In this document: positions 28,796 through 37,392 of the stretch, one piece after another
Position numbering within the stretch: the stretch's first letter is position 1
How the letters are laid out: the number at the start of each line of letters is the position of its first letter
IMG/VR virus record: IMGVR_UViG_3300036790_000396
Location: 82,945 to 146,944 of that record
Direction: 5' to 3' (one strand)
Source of the DNA: a virus
Length of the DNA: 64,000 nucleotides
Made by a program: the position numbers and the translations under genes
Notes under the pieces: generated by a model
Told to the model about the DNA's origin: nothing
Databases searched by the model: none
The model's input: only the letters and a program-made list of their open reading frames with translations

Positions 28796-31700
28796 GGTAC
28801 TGGAGGCGTGGCGTCAGACATCTTCTGCTGCTATGTCGAAAACTGCTCATAGAGTAGATTTTTCGTACATTCCACGTAAAGGATACTTGTACGTCCGCTC
28901 CCGGGCTATCTCCTCGCGCACCAACGACAACCACGACACGTTCGAGGCCCCGGAGATCGAGCAGGGCTACCGGACTTTCCTCGGAAAGCCCGCCTTCGTG
29001 AATCACCGTAACAGCAACCACCGCCGTGCCCGCGGCGTCATCGTGGCCGTGGCGCTGCACCGGGACCGCAACCCTGACGGCTCCCCCGACACCTGGGTCG
29101 AGGCACTGCACGAGCTGGACGCGGTGCGGTTCCCCAAGCTGGCGAAGGCGATCATCGAGGGCCGCGTCAACCGCACCTCGATGGGCGTCGACTGCGAGTA
29201 CTCCACCTGCTCCGCGTGCGGCAACCGGGCCACCAACCCTGCTGAGTACTGTGCTCATCTTCCGGCTCGCAAGGGGCTGAAGATCAGGCAGCGTAACAAT
29301 GAGACGGGGAAACTGGAAGAGAAGCTTATTCATGAAATATGTGCTGGTCTTACATTTTTCGAGAACAGTTTTCTCGTAGAGGATCCTGCCGACCCAACTG
29401 CCCATGTTTTGGACAAGCCGGACGACAGGGGCATGAAAATAAATGCCTCACGTCACGTGCTTCCAGGTGCGCCCCATGCGGATGCAGTTGACCGAGGAAA
29501 CGGAAACGCCGTACCGGCGCGCTATGTCAGCGAGCGTGAGCGCCCCGGAACCCCGGTTCATCCAGTCCTTGCCCGTCGCGACCTGAGGCAGCAGTTCACG
29601 CTTGATGATCCGGACATCCTCTTCGGTCAGCCTGCGGTTGGGATGAGTCGCCCCGCGAGCGTGCCGTTCTTTGGACACCATGTCAGCGACGTTGTCGGCC
29701 CGCGTGCCGAGGAACCAGTGCATCGGGTTCATGCACGGCGGCCAGTCACAGCGGTGGAGTACCCCCAGGCGCGCAGGGATCGGGCCGCGAATCAGCGCCC
29801 ATCCGTATCTCGATCCCAGGACACTTCTGCGGTCCGTGCCCGACAGCGTGAACCGCGGGTAGCCGGTCCTGAAGAATCCTCCCGTCCACGGATTGCAGAA
29901 TCCCGGTCCGGGCGTGAAGTCGATTTTCGACAGGAAGCGCTCGATCTCGGACTCAGTGCTCGCGAAGCGTCCGTCTACCAGCGATCGTTCCATGGACGTG
30001 ATTCTATCAATAATCCTAGGCAGGCCCGCTACCTCACCATGGATGAGGCCCGCGCTGCGGGCCGCGAGGCCATCCGGCGGCAGGCGGAGGATCCCCGCTT
30101 CGACGGCGTCGGCCTGAAGCAGGACGATGACGGCTGGTACGTGCGCACGCACCGGGCGCGCAGCCGTTCCCATCCCGTCCCGGAGGCGATCCCCGCGAAG
30201 GACATCGAGTTCATCCGCTCTACCGGGTCCCGCCGCACCGCCCGCAACGAGGAGGGCGGCGAGATGCCGGTAGTCCCCTCCAGCCGCCTCCCCCGGGTGA
30301 GCCTCCCCGAGTCCCGGAGCAGCTATGAACAGGCCGGCGACTTCCTGGATAACCTGCTGGGCAACGTGGGAAATCCGGACGCGGCTGAGTGGAGGCCGTC
30401 CTATCCCACCCGCGGCTGGGACGACGAGCGCCAGCCCAGGCTGCACGAGGAGCTGCGCAAGTCGCGCGAGCGCAACCTCCGGCGCGACATTGACGATGAC
30501 AGCGGCGAGGGCCTGGCCAGCAAGCTCGACCGCCCGGAGCAGTGGGAGCACCAGATCGAGCACGGCCTCCCGGAAAGCCTGTTCGGTGCCGGCGTGCACG
30601 TCACGCACGATTTCAGGGACGATCCCGAGGGCTTCCTCCGCGACCGGTGGAACATGCGCGCCTTCCCGTACCGCGACCCGGGCGGCACCGGCCCCGGAGG
30701 CCTGAAGCCGTCGAACAAGTGGGTCCGCAAGACCTGGCAGCGGGCAGTCGGCCCGCTGGCCTGCGACCACCCCGGCTGCCCGCCCTGGGAGCACCGGGGG
30801 CCGCGCCCTCAGGCATCGCTGCGTACCGCTGACCGGGACGATGATTACTTCTACGACGAGGACGACGATCAGCACCCGGATGAGCTGCCGAGCCGCCGGG
30901 ACTGGCGCCGGGAGGATGACGTGACCCGCAGCGAGTCCTACCCCTATTCGCCCTCTCCCGGCTCGGAGGGGCGCGACGACCTGGCGGGCTCCCGCACCCG
31001 CGGGCGCCGCGCCGCCGAGTCGTGGGACGGCTTCCCCGACGTGCGCCCCGCTCCGCCGTCCGGCCCGCGCCTGTCCAGCCGTGTCGCGGCTGCCGGGGAC
31101 AGCTGGGAGCCTGATCAGTGCCCGGAGTGCGGCGAGGGCTGGACCGAGGGCAGCTCGCGTTTCGATGACTCAGACTCGCAGTGCCTGAACTGCGGTACCC
31201 GTTACAATGCTTTTTCCGGGGCTCCGCTCAGCGATGACGAGATTGCCGTTAATGATGCTGCGATGGCCAACGAGCAGCAGAAGCGCGAGGACACGCGCTC
31301 CGGGCAGGAACTGTGGAGGAAAGTCCACCCGGGCCCCGGGCACGAGTACTCCTATAACCCGGCCGGCGACAATGCCCCGCTGGAGATGATGAATGACCTG
31401 CAGGACCAGGAGAACCAGGACAAGAGCGGACCGCTGCGGCTGAACCCGAGGCTTCCCTCCTACGAGAAGATGATGCGCCGCCGGCGCGAGCGCGCCATCC
31501 AGCAGTGGCCGTCCCATCAGGAGGTCCCCGTCGCCCCTCCGGGGACGGAGAGGCTGTCCAGCCGCATGGCGAAAGGGCGCCATGACTACCGGATGATGCA
31601 CCAGGCTCCCGACCGGCACAGCGGCGTTCCCTATCACGAGGCGAGCGGCGCGGACCCGGATGACCTGGTCACGATCTACCGGGGAGTGCCCCGGAACGTG

Positions 31701-34076
31701 AAGACGATTCACCGCGGCGACTGGGTGACCACCGATCCGGCCTACGCCCACCAGCACGGGCGCCACAACTCCGACCCATCGAAAGACTGGCCGGTGCTGC
31801 AGGCGGACGTTCCTGCGCGGCACCTGTACTGGGACGAGAACGACGAGAACGAGATCGGCTACCAGGGGCCGCACCTGGGCCAGCGTGACGTGAGCTACCA
31901 CGAGGAAGACCCGGATGATGTCCCGGGCGCTGCCGATCCTGATGCGTGGCGCGGGCATTTCGCCTCCGTGCGCCGCCGCGCGGACATCTCCGACGACGAG
32001 ATCCGCCGCGGCCTGAACCTCCCCGGCTCCCGCGAGGAGGAGCACCAGGAGGACGTGCGCGACAAGGTGAACGGCCTCTTCGGCCCGCTGCACGAGGACT
32101 ACGGCGGCCAGGAGAACTACAACCTCGCCCGGCAGAACGACACGATGACGGACCTGCAGCGCCGCTTCGAGGGCGGCCGGGGCAGGTTCGCCTTCGACGA
32201 GGAGGGGGACCCCTACTACGAGGCCCGGCACCCGTCCGGCTGGAGGGCCCGTGTCTACACCGACCAGAGCGGCGAGGCCCAGGTCCACCACGACGCGACC
32301 GGCGACGAGGCCCACGACGTGATGGACATCGGCGAGTGGGGGCCGCAGGGTCACCGCCTGTCAGAGACCTACGGCCCCGCCGATCTTGACCGTGATCTCG
32401 CCGCGTGGCACGGCGATGACGGCGAGGAGGGGTACCGGGCGCACCTGGAGCAGGAGGACCCGCGCATCCGCCGGCGGAAGCGCCGTCATCAGGGCGCGCG
32501 CCGTACCGCCGCCGACCAGCCGCCGCGGATGCCCCCGCCCGTCGACACGCTGCGCCCCGACAAGTGCCCCGTCTGCGGGGACAGCGACGTGTTCAAGGGC
32601 CAGCGCTGCTCCGTGTGCGGGTTCGTCGCGCCGCCGGACATCTTCCGCGATCCCGACACCCAGCAGGCCGCGCAGAACCACCAGATGCTCGAAGAGGGCA
32701 AGGTCCCCCTCGGCATGCCGGAGGGGCCCGCCGACGAGGAGCAGGTCGGCTCCGGCCAGGACGCTGACGACCAGCTGCTGCACCCTGACCAGATCGCCCC
32801 CGACGGCGTCCCCGGCGTGCAGCCCGGCAGCAGCCAGCCCGAGAACGGCCCCCTCGGCGGCGGCCAGGACGAGGGCCTCGTCGATCCCTCCCGCGTGAGC
32901 GCCCAGGGCGACGTCCCCGAGGAGGACGAGGAGCAGGCGGCGCAGCAGGAGACGGACGAGGGAGAGCAGCAGGCGGCGGAAGGACAGGCCGAGGAGGAAG
33001 AGGGAGCGGCCCGCGCCGACGAGGCGCAGGCAGCCGCAGCGGGGGAGCAGGAGGCCGAGGACGCTGACGCGGATGCCTCGCCCCGGAAGGATCAGGACGA
33101 CGACCGCCCCGGAGGGAAACGCAGGATGGCTAAGCAGCAGCAGCGGCGGCAGGCACCGCCCCGGTCTCGCCAGGAGCCGCGGACTGCCGCGACTGCGGTG
33201 CTGGCCGCCCAGCAGGACACCATCCGCCGGCAGGCGGCCCAGATCCGCTCTCTCGCCGCGCAGATGAGCTTCCTCGCGGACCTCGCCGGGGTCCGGCCGC
33301 AGATGGAGCAGATCCGCCGGCAGGCCGACATGATGAACCCGGCCTCCCCCGTCCCGGACCCGCCGGAGCGGCCCCCGTACGAGACCACCGAGCAGGCGCT
33401 CCAGCCGGAGACGATGGGCGACGCGAGCCGCCCGGGCACCGAGCCCGGGTCGACGTCGCACGTGCCTGCCGCGATGACCACCACTTCCGTCACGCCGGGC
33501 GTCGAGATCCAGACGGCGCCGGCCTCCTACCTCGATGACGTCACCGCTCCCGTCCAGGGCACCAACCCGTCGGAAGACGGCGGCGTGCCGGTTGAGCAGC
33601 GGCGCATCGAGACCGATGTCCGGATTGACCCTGACCCGCTGAAGGCCCAGGGTCCGGGCATCGGGGGACTGGGCAGCGACGGCACCGCCTACCCGTGGGT
33701 GATCGCCGCCCGCGGCGGCATGCCGCGCACCGCCTCGCAGGCGGCGGCCTCGCAGGAGGATGAGCACGGGGCGCGCACGTTCGCCTCGATCCGCCTTGCC
33801 CGCGCCCGCGTCACCGCGGGGCTCGCCCGCGGCGACGAGCTGGAGGGCGCGGCCCTCATCGAGAAGGACGCGTCGCTGTCCCTGAGGGACATCGAGCGGG
33901 AGATCGGCACGCTGGAGAAGGTCGCCGCCGCGGCCCCGCCGCAGCGTCCCCGCGCCTCGCAGCGCACCGCCGCCCGGTCGGCGCCGTCGATGTCCGCGCC
34001 GCCGCAGCTGGCCCGCACGGCGAGCTACTCCGACCCGGGCGACCCGATGGACGCCTCGGACGTGTTCCTCGACTGA
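28770..34076 (+). CDS. prohead (capsid maturation) protease polyprotein with C-terminal scaffold
   Basis: GGAGG then GTG 28770; FLGKPAFVNH (His), RTSMG (Ser), CSACGN..CAHL, FFENSFLVEDPADP; lies upstream of the capsid genes. Confidence 0.8.
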   Translation: MLRKYASLEVLEAWRQTSSAAMSKTAHRVDFSYIPRKGYLYVRSRAISSRTNDNHDTFEAPEIEQGYRTFLGKPAFVNHRNSNHRRARGVIVAVALHRDRNPDGSPDTWVEALHELDAVRFPKLAKAIIEGRVNRTSMGVDCEYSTCSACGNRATNPAEYCAHLPARKGLKIRQRNNETGKLEEKLIHEICAGLTFFENSFLVEDPADPTAHVLDKPDDRGMKINASRHVLPGAPHADAVDRGNGNAVPARYVSERERPGTPVHPVLARRDLRQQFTLDDPDILFGQPAVGMSRPASVPFFGHHVSDVVGPRAEEPVHRVHARRPVTAVEYPQARRDRAANQRPSVSRSQDTSAVRARQREPRVAGPEESSRPRIAESRSGREVDFRQEALDLGLSAREASVYQRSFHGRDSINNPRQARYLTMDEARAAGREAIRRQAEDPRFDGVGLKQDDDGWYVRTHRARSRSHPVPEAIPAKDIEFIRSTGSRRTARNEEGGEMPVVPSSRLPRVSLPESRSSYEQAGDFLDNLLGNVGNPDAAEWRPSYPTRGWDDERQPRLHEELRKSRERNLRRDIDDDSGEGLASKLDRPEQWEHQIEHGLPESLFGAGVHVTHDFRDDPEGFLRDRWNMRAFPYRDPGGTGPGGLKPSNKWVRKTWQRAVGPLACDHPGCPPWEHRGPRPQASLRTADRDDDYFYDEDDDQHPDELPSRRDWRREDDVTRSESYPYSPSPGSEGRDDLAGSRTRGRRAAESWDGFPDVRPAPPSGPRLSSRVAAAGDSWEPDQCPECGEGWTEGSSRFDDSDSQCLNCGTRYNAFSGAPLSDDEIAVNDAAMANEQQKREDTRSGQELWRKVHPGPGHEYSYNPAGDNAPLEMMNDLQDQENQDKSGPLRLNPRLPSYEKMMRRRRERAIQQWPSHQEVPVAPPGTERLSSRMAKGRHDYRMMHQAPDRHSGVPYHEASGADPDDLVTIYRGVPRNVKTIHRGDWVTTDPAYAHQHGRHNSDPSKDWPVLQADVPARHLYWDENDENEIGYQGPHLGQRDVSYHEEDPDDVPGAADPDAWRGHFASVRRRADISDDEIRRGLNLPGSREEEHQEDVRDKVNGLFGPLHEDYGGQENYNLARQNDTMTDLQRRFEGGRGRFAFDEEGDPYYEARHPSGWRARVYTDQSGEAQVHHDATGDEAHDVMDIGEWGPQGHRLSETYGPADLDRDLAAWHGDDGEEGYRAHLEQEDPRIRRRKRRHQGARRTAADQPPRMPPPVDTLRPDKCPVCGDSDVFKGQRCSVCGFVAPPDIFRDPDTQQAAQNHQMLEEGKVPLGMPEGPADEEQVGSGQDADDQLLHPDQIAPDGVPGVQPGSSQPENGPLGGGQDEGLVDPSRVSAQGDVPEEDEEQAAQQETDEGEQQAAEGQAEEEEGAARADEAQAAAAGEQEAEDADADASPRKDQDDDRPGGKRRMAKQQQRRQAPPRSRQEPRTAATAVLAAQQDTIRRQAAQIRSLAAQMSFLADLAGVRPQMEQIRRQADMMNPASPVPDPPERPPYETTEQALQPETMGDASRPGTEPGSTSHVPAAMTTTSVTPGVEIQTAPASYLDDVTAPVQGTNPSEDGGVPVEQRRIETDVRIDPDPLKAQGPGIGGLGSDGTAYPWVIAARGGMPRTASQAAASQEDEHGARTFASIRLARARVTAGLARGDELEGAALIEKDASLSLRDIEREIGTLEKVAAAAPPQRPRASQRTAARSAPSMSAPPQLARTASYSDPGDPMDASDVFLD
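29448..29993 (-). CDS. HNH endonuclease with C-terminal HTH, nested antisense in the protease gene
   Basis: ERFLSKI...CNPWTG...GYPRF...VLHRCDWPPCMNPMHWFLGTRADNVADM...LADIARRYGVS; own ATTATTGA-TAGAAT promoter 7 nt upstream. Confidence 0.9.
   Translation of the reverse strand: MERSLVDGRFASTESEIERFLSKIDFTPGPGFCNPWTGGFFRTGYPRFTLSGTDRRSVLGSRYGWALIRGPIPARLGVLHRCDWPPCMNPMHWFLGTRADNVADMVSKERHARGATHPNRRLTEEDVRIIKRELLPQVATGKDWMNRGSGALTLADIARRYGVSVSSVNCIRMGRTWKHVT
33126..34076 (+). CDS. probable internally initiated scaffolding protein
   Basis: In-frame ATG preceded by GGAGG and by the CCCCGGAAG motif at 33081. Confidence 0.5.
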   Translation: MAKQQQRRQAPPRSRQEPRTAATAVLAAQQDTIRRQAAQIRSLAAQMSFLADLAGVRPQMEQIRRQADMMNPASPVPDPPERPPYETTEQALQPETMGDASRPGTEPGSTSHVPAAMTTTSVTPGVEIQTAPASYLDDVTAPVQGTNPSEDGGVPVEQRRIETDVRIDPDPLKAQGPGIGGLGSDGTAYPWVIAARGGMPRTASQAAASQEDEHGARTFASIRLARARVTAGLARGDELEGAALIEKDASLSLRDIEREIGTLEKVAAAAPPQRPRASQRTAARSAPSMSAPPQLARTASYSDPGDPMDASDVFLD

Positions 34077-34249
34077 TGGCGTGGTCCGTAACGGTCAGCG
34101 AGGACCTTCATGACGTGGTGCTGCCGTCCGGCCTGCGGGTGCAGGGCGGCGGCAGCGCCGTGCTGTCGGACCGGGAGTTCTCGCTGCTGCCGGAGGCGTC
34201 CCAGTTGTCCGGCGGCATTTTCTCCGCGGTGAGCCAGGTGACGTCGTGA
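34076..34249 (+). CDS. 57-aa virion-type protein, paralog of the next gene's N-domain
   Basis: MAWSVTVSEDLHDVVLPSGLRVQGG.. vs MTYQVTLADGVPDIVLPNGLRVQGG..; coupled start/stop codons on both sides. Confidence 0.75.
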   Translation: MAWSVTVSEDLHDVVLPSGLRVQGGGSAVLSDREFSLLPEASQLSGGIFSAVSQVTS

Positions 34250-35082
34250 CCTATCAGGTGACCCTCGCCGACGGCGTCCCCGATATCGTGCTGCCGAACG
34301 GGCTGCGCGTGCAGGGCGGTGCGGTCGTCGTCCTGTCGGACGGGGAGTACTCCCGGATCACTGACGCTTCCTCCGCGATCCTGTTCTCGTCGGTGACGTA
34401 CCTGGGCGGGGGCGCTGGCAACGCCGTTTCCTCGTTCAACGGGCGCACCGGTAACGTCGAGCCCGCATCGGGCGACTACACGGTGTCCGAGGTGACCGGT
34501 GCGGCGCCTCTCGCCTCTCCCGTGTTCACGGGCACCCCCGCAGGCCCGACCGCTGCCGCGGGAACCAGCACCACCCAGCTGGCCACGACGGCGTTCGCCA
34601 CGACCGCCCTGGCGCTGAAGTCGAACATCGCCTCGCCGACGTTCACCGGCACTCCCGCCGCGCCGACGGCCACGGCGGGTACCTCGACCACGCAGCTGGC
34701 GACGACCGCGTTCGCCACCGGGGCCGTCGCGACGGAGACCACCAGGGCCGAGACTGCGGAGGCCCTCAAGGCACCGCTTGCCTCCCCTGCTTTCACCGGT
34801 CAGGTGTCAGCCACCACGGTCGGTGACGGCTATTCGGTGGCCGAGGGCAGCAGCGGCAAGCAGGGAGTCGTTACCCTTGCTGCCGGATCCGCTACGGTTG
34901 ACACTGCGAGCGTGACGGCGAACTCGCGGATCTTCCTGACCGTGCAGTCGCTGGGCACAATAACCGCCCCTGCGGCGGTTGCAGTCACTGCGAGGACTGC
35001 GGGCACCTCCTTCACCATCACTTCGGCCTTGGGTACTGATACCTCGGTCGTCGCTTACGAGATCTTCGAGCCCGCAGCCTGA
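34246..35082 (+). CDS. fiber-like structural protein
   Basis: VSSFNGRTG motif and repeated APLASP.FTGTP.APTA.AGTSTTQLATTAF fiber repeats. Confidence 0.75.
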   Translation: MTYQVTLADGVPDIVLPNGLRVQGGAVVVLSDGEYSRITDASSAILFSSVTYLGGGAGNAVSSFNGRTGNVEPASGDYTVSEVTGAAPLASPVFTGTPAGPTAAAGTSTTQLATTAFATTALALKSNIASPTFTGTPAAPTATAGTSTTQLATTAFATGAVATETTRAETAEALKAPLASPAFTGQVSATTVGDGYSVAEGSSGKQGVVTLAAGSATVDTASVTANSRIFLTVQSLGTITAPAAVAVTARTAGTSFTITSALGTDTSVVAYEIFEPAA

Positions 35083-35093
35083 CAGGGAGCATC

Positions 35094-35390
35094 ATGACGT
35101 TTTCCGTGACCCCGTCCGCGCAGTCCGGCGGCGGCTACCTCGACGTGAGCTACGGATCCGGGGCCGCGCGCTTCACGGTGACCGAGGATGCCGGGCACCT
35201 GCGCAGTTTCTGGGGCCAGCTGGGGCGCGAGATCTCCCGGGCCGAGGGCGTCACTCCCGGCCAGCGGGCCTACACGCGGTACCGGGCGCACACGGGCGGC
35301 CGGTCCCTCGCTTCCGGTGATGAGATCCCGGAGTGGGACGGCCTGGGCGATGACATCCGGGAAGCCTGGGAAGCGTCCGCGCGCCCGTGA
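35094..35390 (+). CDS. hypothetical protein
   Basis: GGGAG RBS; AY..Y...P.W..L....REAW motif. Confidence 0.55.
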   Translation: MTFSVTPSAQSGGGYLDVSYGSGAARFTVTEDAGHLRSFWGQLGREISRAEGVTPGQRAYTRYRAHTGGRSLASGDEIPEWDGLGDDIREAWEASARP

Positions 35391-35659
35391 GCGATGAGGA
35401 ATGCCCGCACAAGGGCCGCTCGTGCACGGACAGGAACTGCCCCTGCAATTGCGCGGCCTGCATCATCGACTACTCGCCGTGGATGAACCCGGATGAGAAG
35501 CCTCAGGGTTCCTGACGGGGACGATCCGGAACGGCCCGAGGCACACGCTGCTCTGCCGGTCCCGGATTATCCAGGCGACGCCGTCACGGCGGTCCTGCTC
35601 CGTCTGCTCGATCCGGTCCTCCGGGACCAGGACCGTCACGCACGGGATCTCCGGTTCCG

Positions 35660-36214
35660 TCACCGGGATGCCTCCTGACGGGGACGGGACGGCGGGATCC
35701 CCCCCGGCGGCGGCCGCCTCATGTCCCGGCTGCCGGGCCCCAGGCACCGCCACCGGACGCCTCCCTCGGCAGTGCGGCCCTTGATGTGGACCCGGACCGG
35801 CCCGCAGGCTGAGCAGGCCGCGGTGTGCTCGGCCGGGCTGATCTCCGTCAGGACGTGCACGGCATCGTGGCCGCCGTGCCCGTGGACATGCCGTTTCGGC
35901 TGCCCGCTCACGTAGCCGAGGCGCGGGCTGTTCCGGTCCGAGAGGGCCGTGGGCAGCCCGCACCCGCAGTGGCAGGTACCCCAGGGGACACGGCAGCCGG
36001 CCGAGCACGGGCACGGCTCTCCCTGTTTCCCCGGCTGCACGGCCAGCGCCTCCCGGGACCGCTGCGGGTCCAGGCTGCCCCGGCCGTTGCAGCGCCATTC
36101 CGCTGCCTTCCCTCGGGACTTCCTGATCCGCACGCGGCAGCCGCACTCGGAGCACCGGGCAGACGGCGGGTTCCCGCTGATCTCCGTCAGGAAATGGCGC
36201 ACGGGCGGGCTCAT
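35660..36214 (-). CDS. Zn-finger protein homologous to the N-terminal part of the EndoVII-type gene, no nuclease domain
   Basis: CHCGCG, H.LTEI...A.CS.CG.V and WRC repeats. Confidence 0.65.
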   Translation of the reverse strand: MSPPVRHFLTEISGNPPSARCSECGCRVRIRKSRGKAAEWRCNGRGSLDPQRSREALAVQPGKQGEPCPCSAGCRVPWGTCHCGCGLPTALSDRNSPRLGYVSGQPKRHVHGHGGHDAVHVLTEISPAEHTAACSACGPVRVHIKGRTAEGGVRWRCLGPGSRDMRRPPPGGIPPSRPRQEASR

Positions 36215-36913
36215 CTTCTCTCCCTCATTCCCGCGTGCCCTGCTGCGTCTCCGTGCCGCACGCCGGGACTTTCTCGGGGCGCAGCGAGCTGGCGAGGCGC
36301 TCGGAGTTCCGCTGCTCGCCCGGGAGCGGTGCCGGGACGGAGACCTGGCCTGTCTCCTCTTTCCGGCTGCTCACGGTGCCCCGTGCACGCTGCTCCGTCT
36401 GCTTTTCCTGGTACTGGATGCGGACGACGATGCAGTCGTCGTACGGCACCGCCCGCACGGCGCCGTCGGGCGCGCTCCGGCCCGGGTTGCGTGCTTCCCA
36501 CCAGCGGACGGCGTCGCCGATCGCGTCGCTGAGGTCCCGGTGGGCGCAGCCGTCCTCGCCGTAGAGGGGGACGGACCATTCTTCGTACGTGACGGTGCGC
36601 GTGCTGCGGGTGTAGGCGGCCACGGTTCCTCCCGGGGATGTGAAGAGGCCCCTCCCGCGGTGACAGCGGCGGGAGGGGCCCTGCTCCGCTCCGGCGGGGT
36701 ACCGGGTGCGGAGAGTGCCGCGCGGTCCGTGCTGCGCGGCGGGAGGAGCGGGTGGCTCTCCCTGCTCCGGAGTGTACGCGAGCTGCCCGGATGATCGCAA
36801 GGTTTATTGATTTTCCCTGGAGTTCAACCTGAACCATATCGCTCTGCTCCAGGCCCGGGGCCGTAGCGAGACGGATTCGACTGGCGCTTGCGCTCCCAGT
36901 ACAGCTTCATCTT

Positions 36914-37246
36914 CTAGCTGCGGCTTAGCTGCTCGTAGTCATCGGGCTTTTGGTAGACCTCTGGCGGGAGAAAAGATCGCCGCTTCCGGTTCTGGGTAAA
37001 AGCGTCGGCCCACTGAACATTTCCGGGCTCGTAATTTCCCTCATTATCGACGCGGTCAAGAGTATGTCCGTCAGGACGTTCTCCCAGGTTGCCGATGATC
37101 CATTCGTAGAATTTTTCGTAATTGTGCCAGTCTGAATGTACCCTTATTCCTCTTTCTCCATAGTTAATATAGTCTTTGTCCCTTTCGTTCTCGCATCTGC
37201 GGATCATTGAGTACCAGGCGCTGTAGAGGGGTTTAGAGGATCCCAC
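36914..37246 (-). CDS. HNH-type endonuclease, AT-rich
   Basis: YSAWYSMIRRC...YINYGERGIRV...ERPDGHTLDRVDNEGNYEPGNVQWA. Confidence 0.85.
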   Translation of the reverse strand: MGSSKPLYSAWYSMIRRCENERDKDYINYGERGIRVHSDWHNYEKFYEWIIGNLGERPDGHTLDRVDNEGNYEPGNVQWADAFTQNRKRRSFLPPEVYQKPDDYEQLSRS

Positions 37247-37392
37247 GCTCCTATTTTATCAATATTCCTAGGTTCCGTACCTTCAACCTCAGCTTTAGCT
37301 CGGAAGTAGCAGGAGAGGGGCACGCGTTTCTCCCCGGAATACGTAGAGGGAGGTGCAGCGTGAGCGGACCGTACGCCGGGATGGCGGTGAGG

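Noticed and set aside
28010-28890. Group I intron carrying the HNH
   Set aside because: The region is fully occupied by ORF with no room for a ribozyme core; the duplicated 5' end explains gene rescue.
29994-30875. Long N-terminal extension of the antisense HNH
   Set aside because: Shadow of the plus-strand gene; the promoter motif places the start at 29993.
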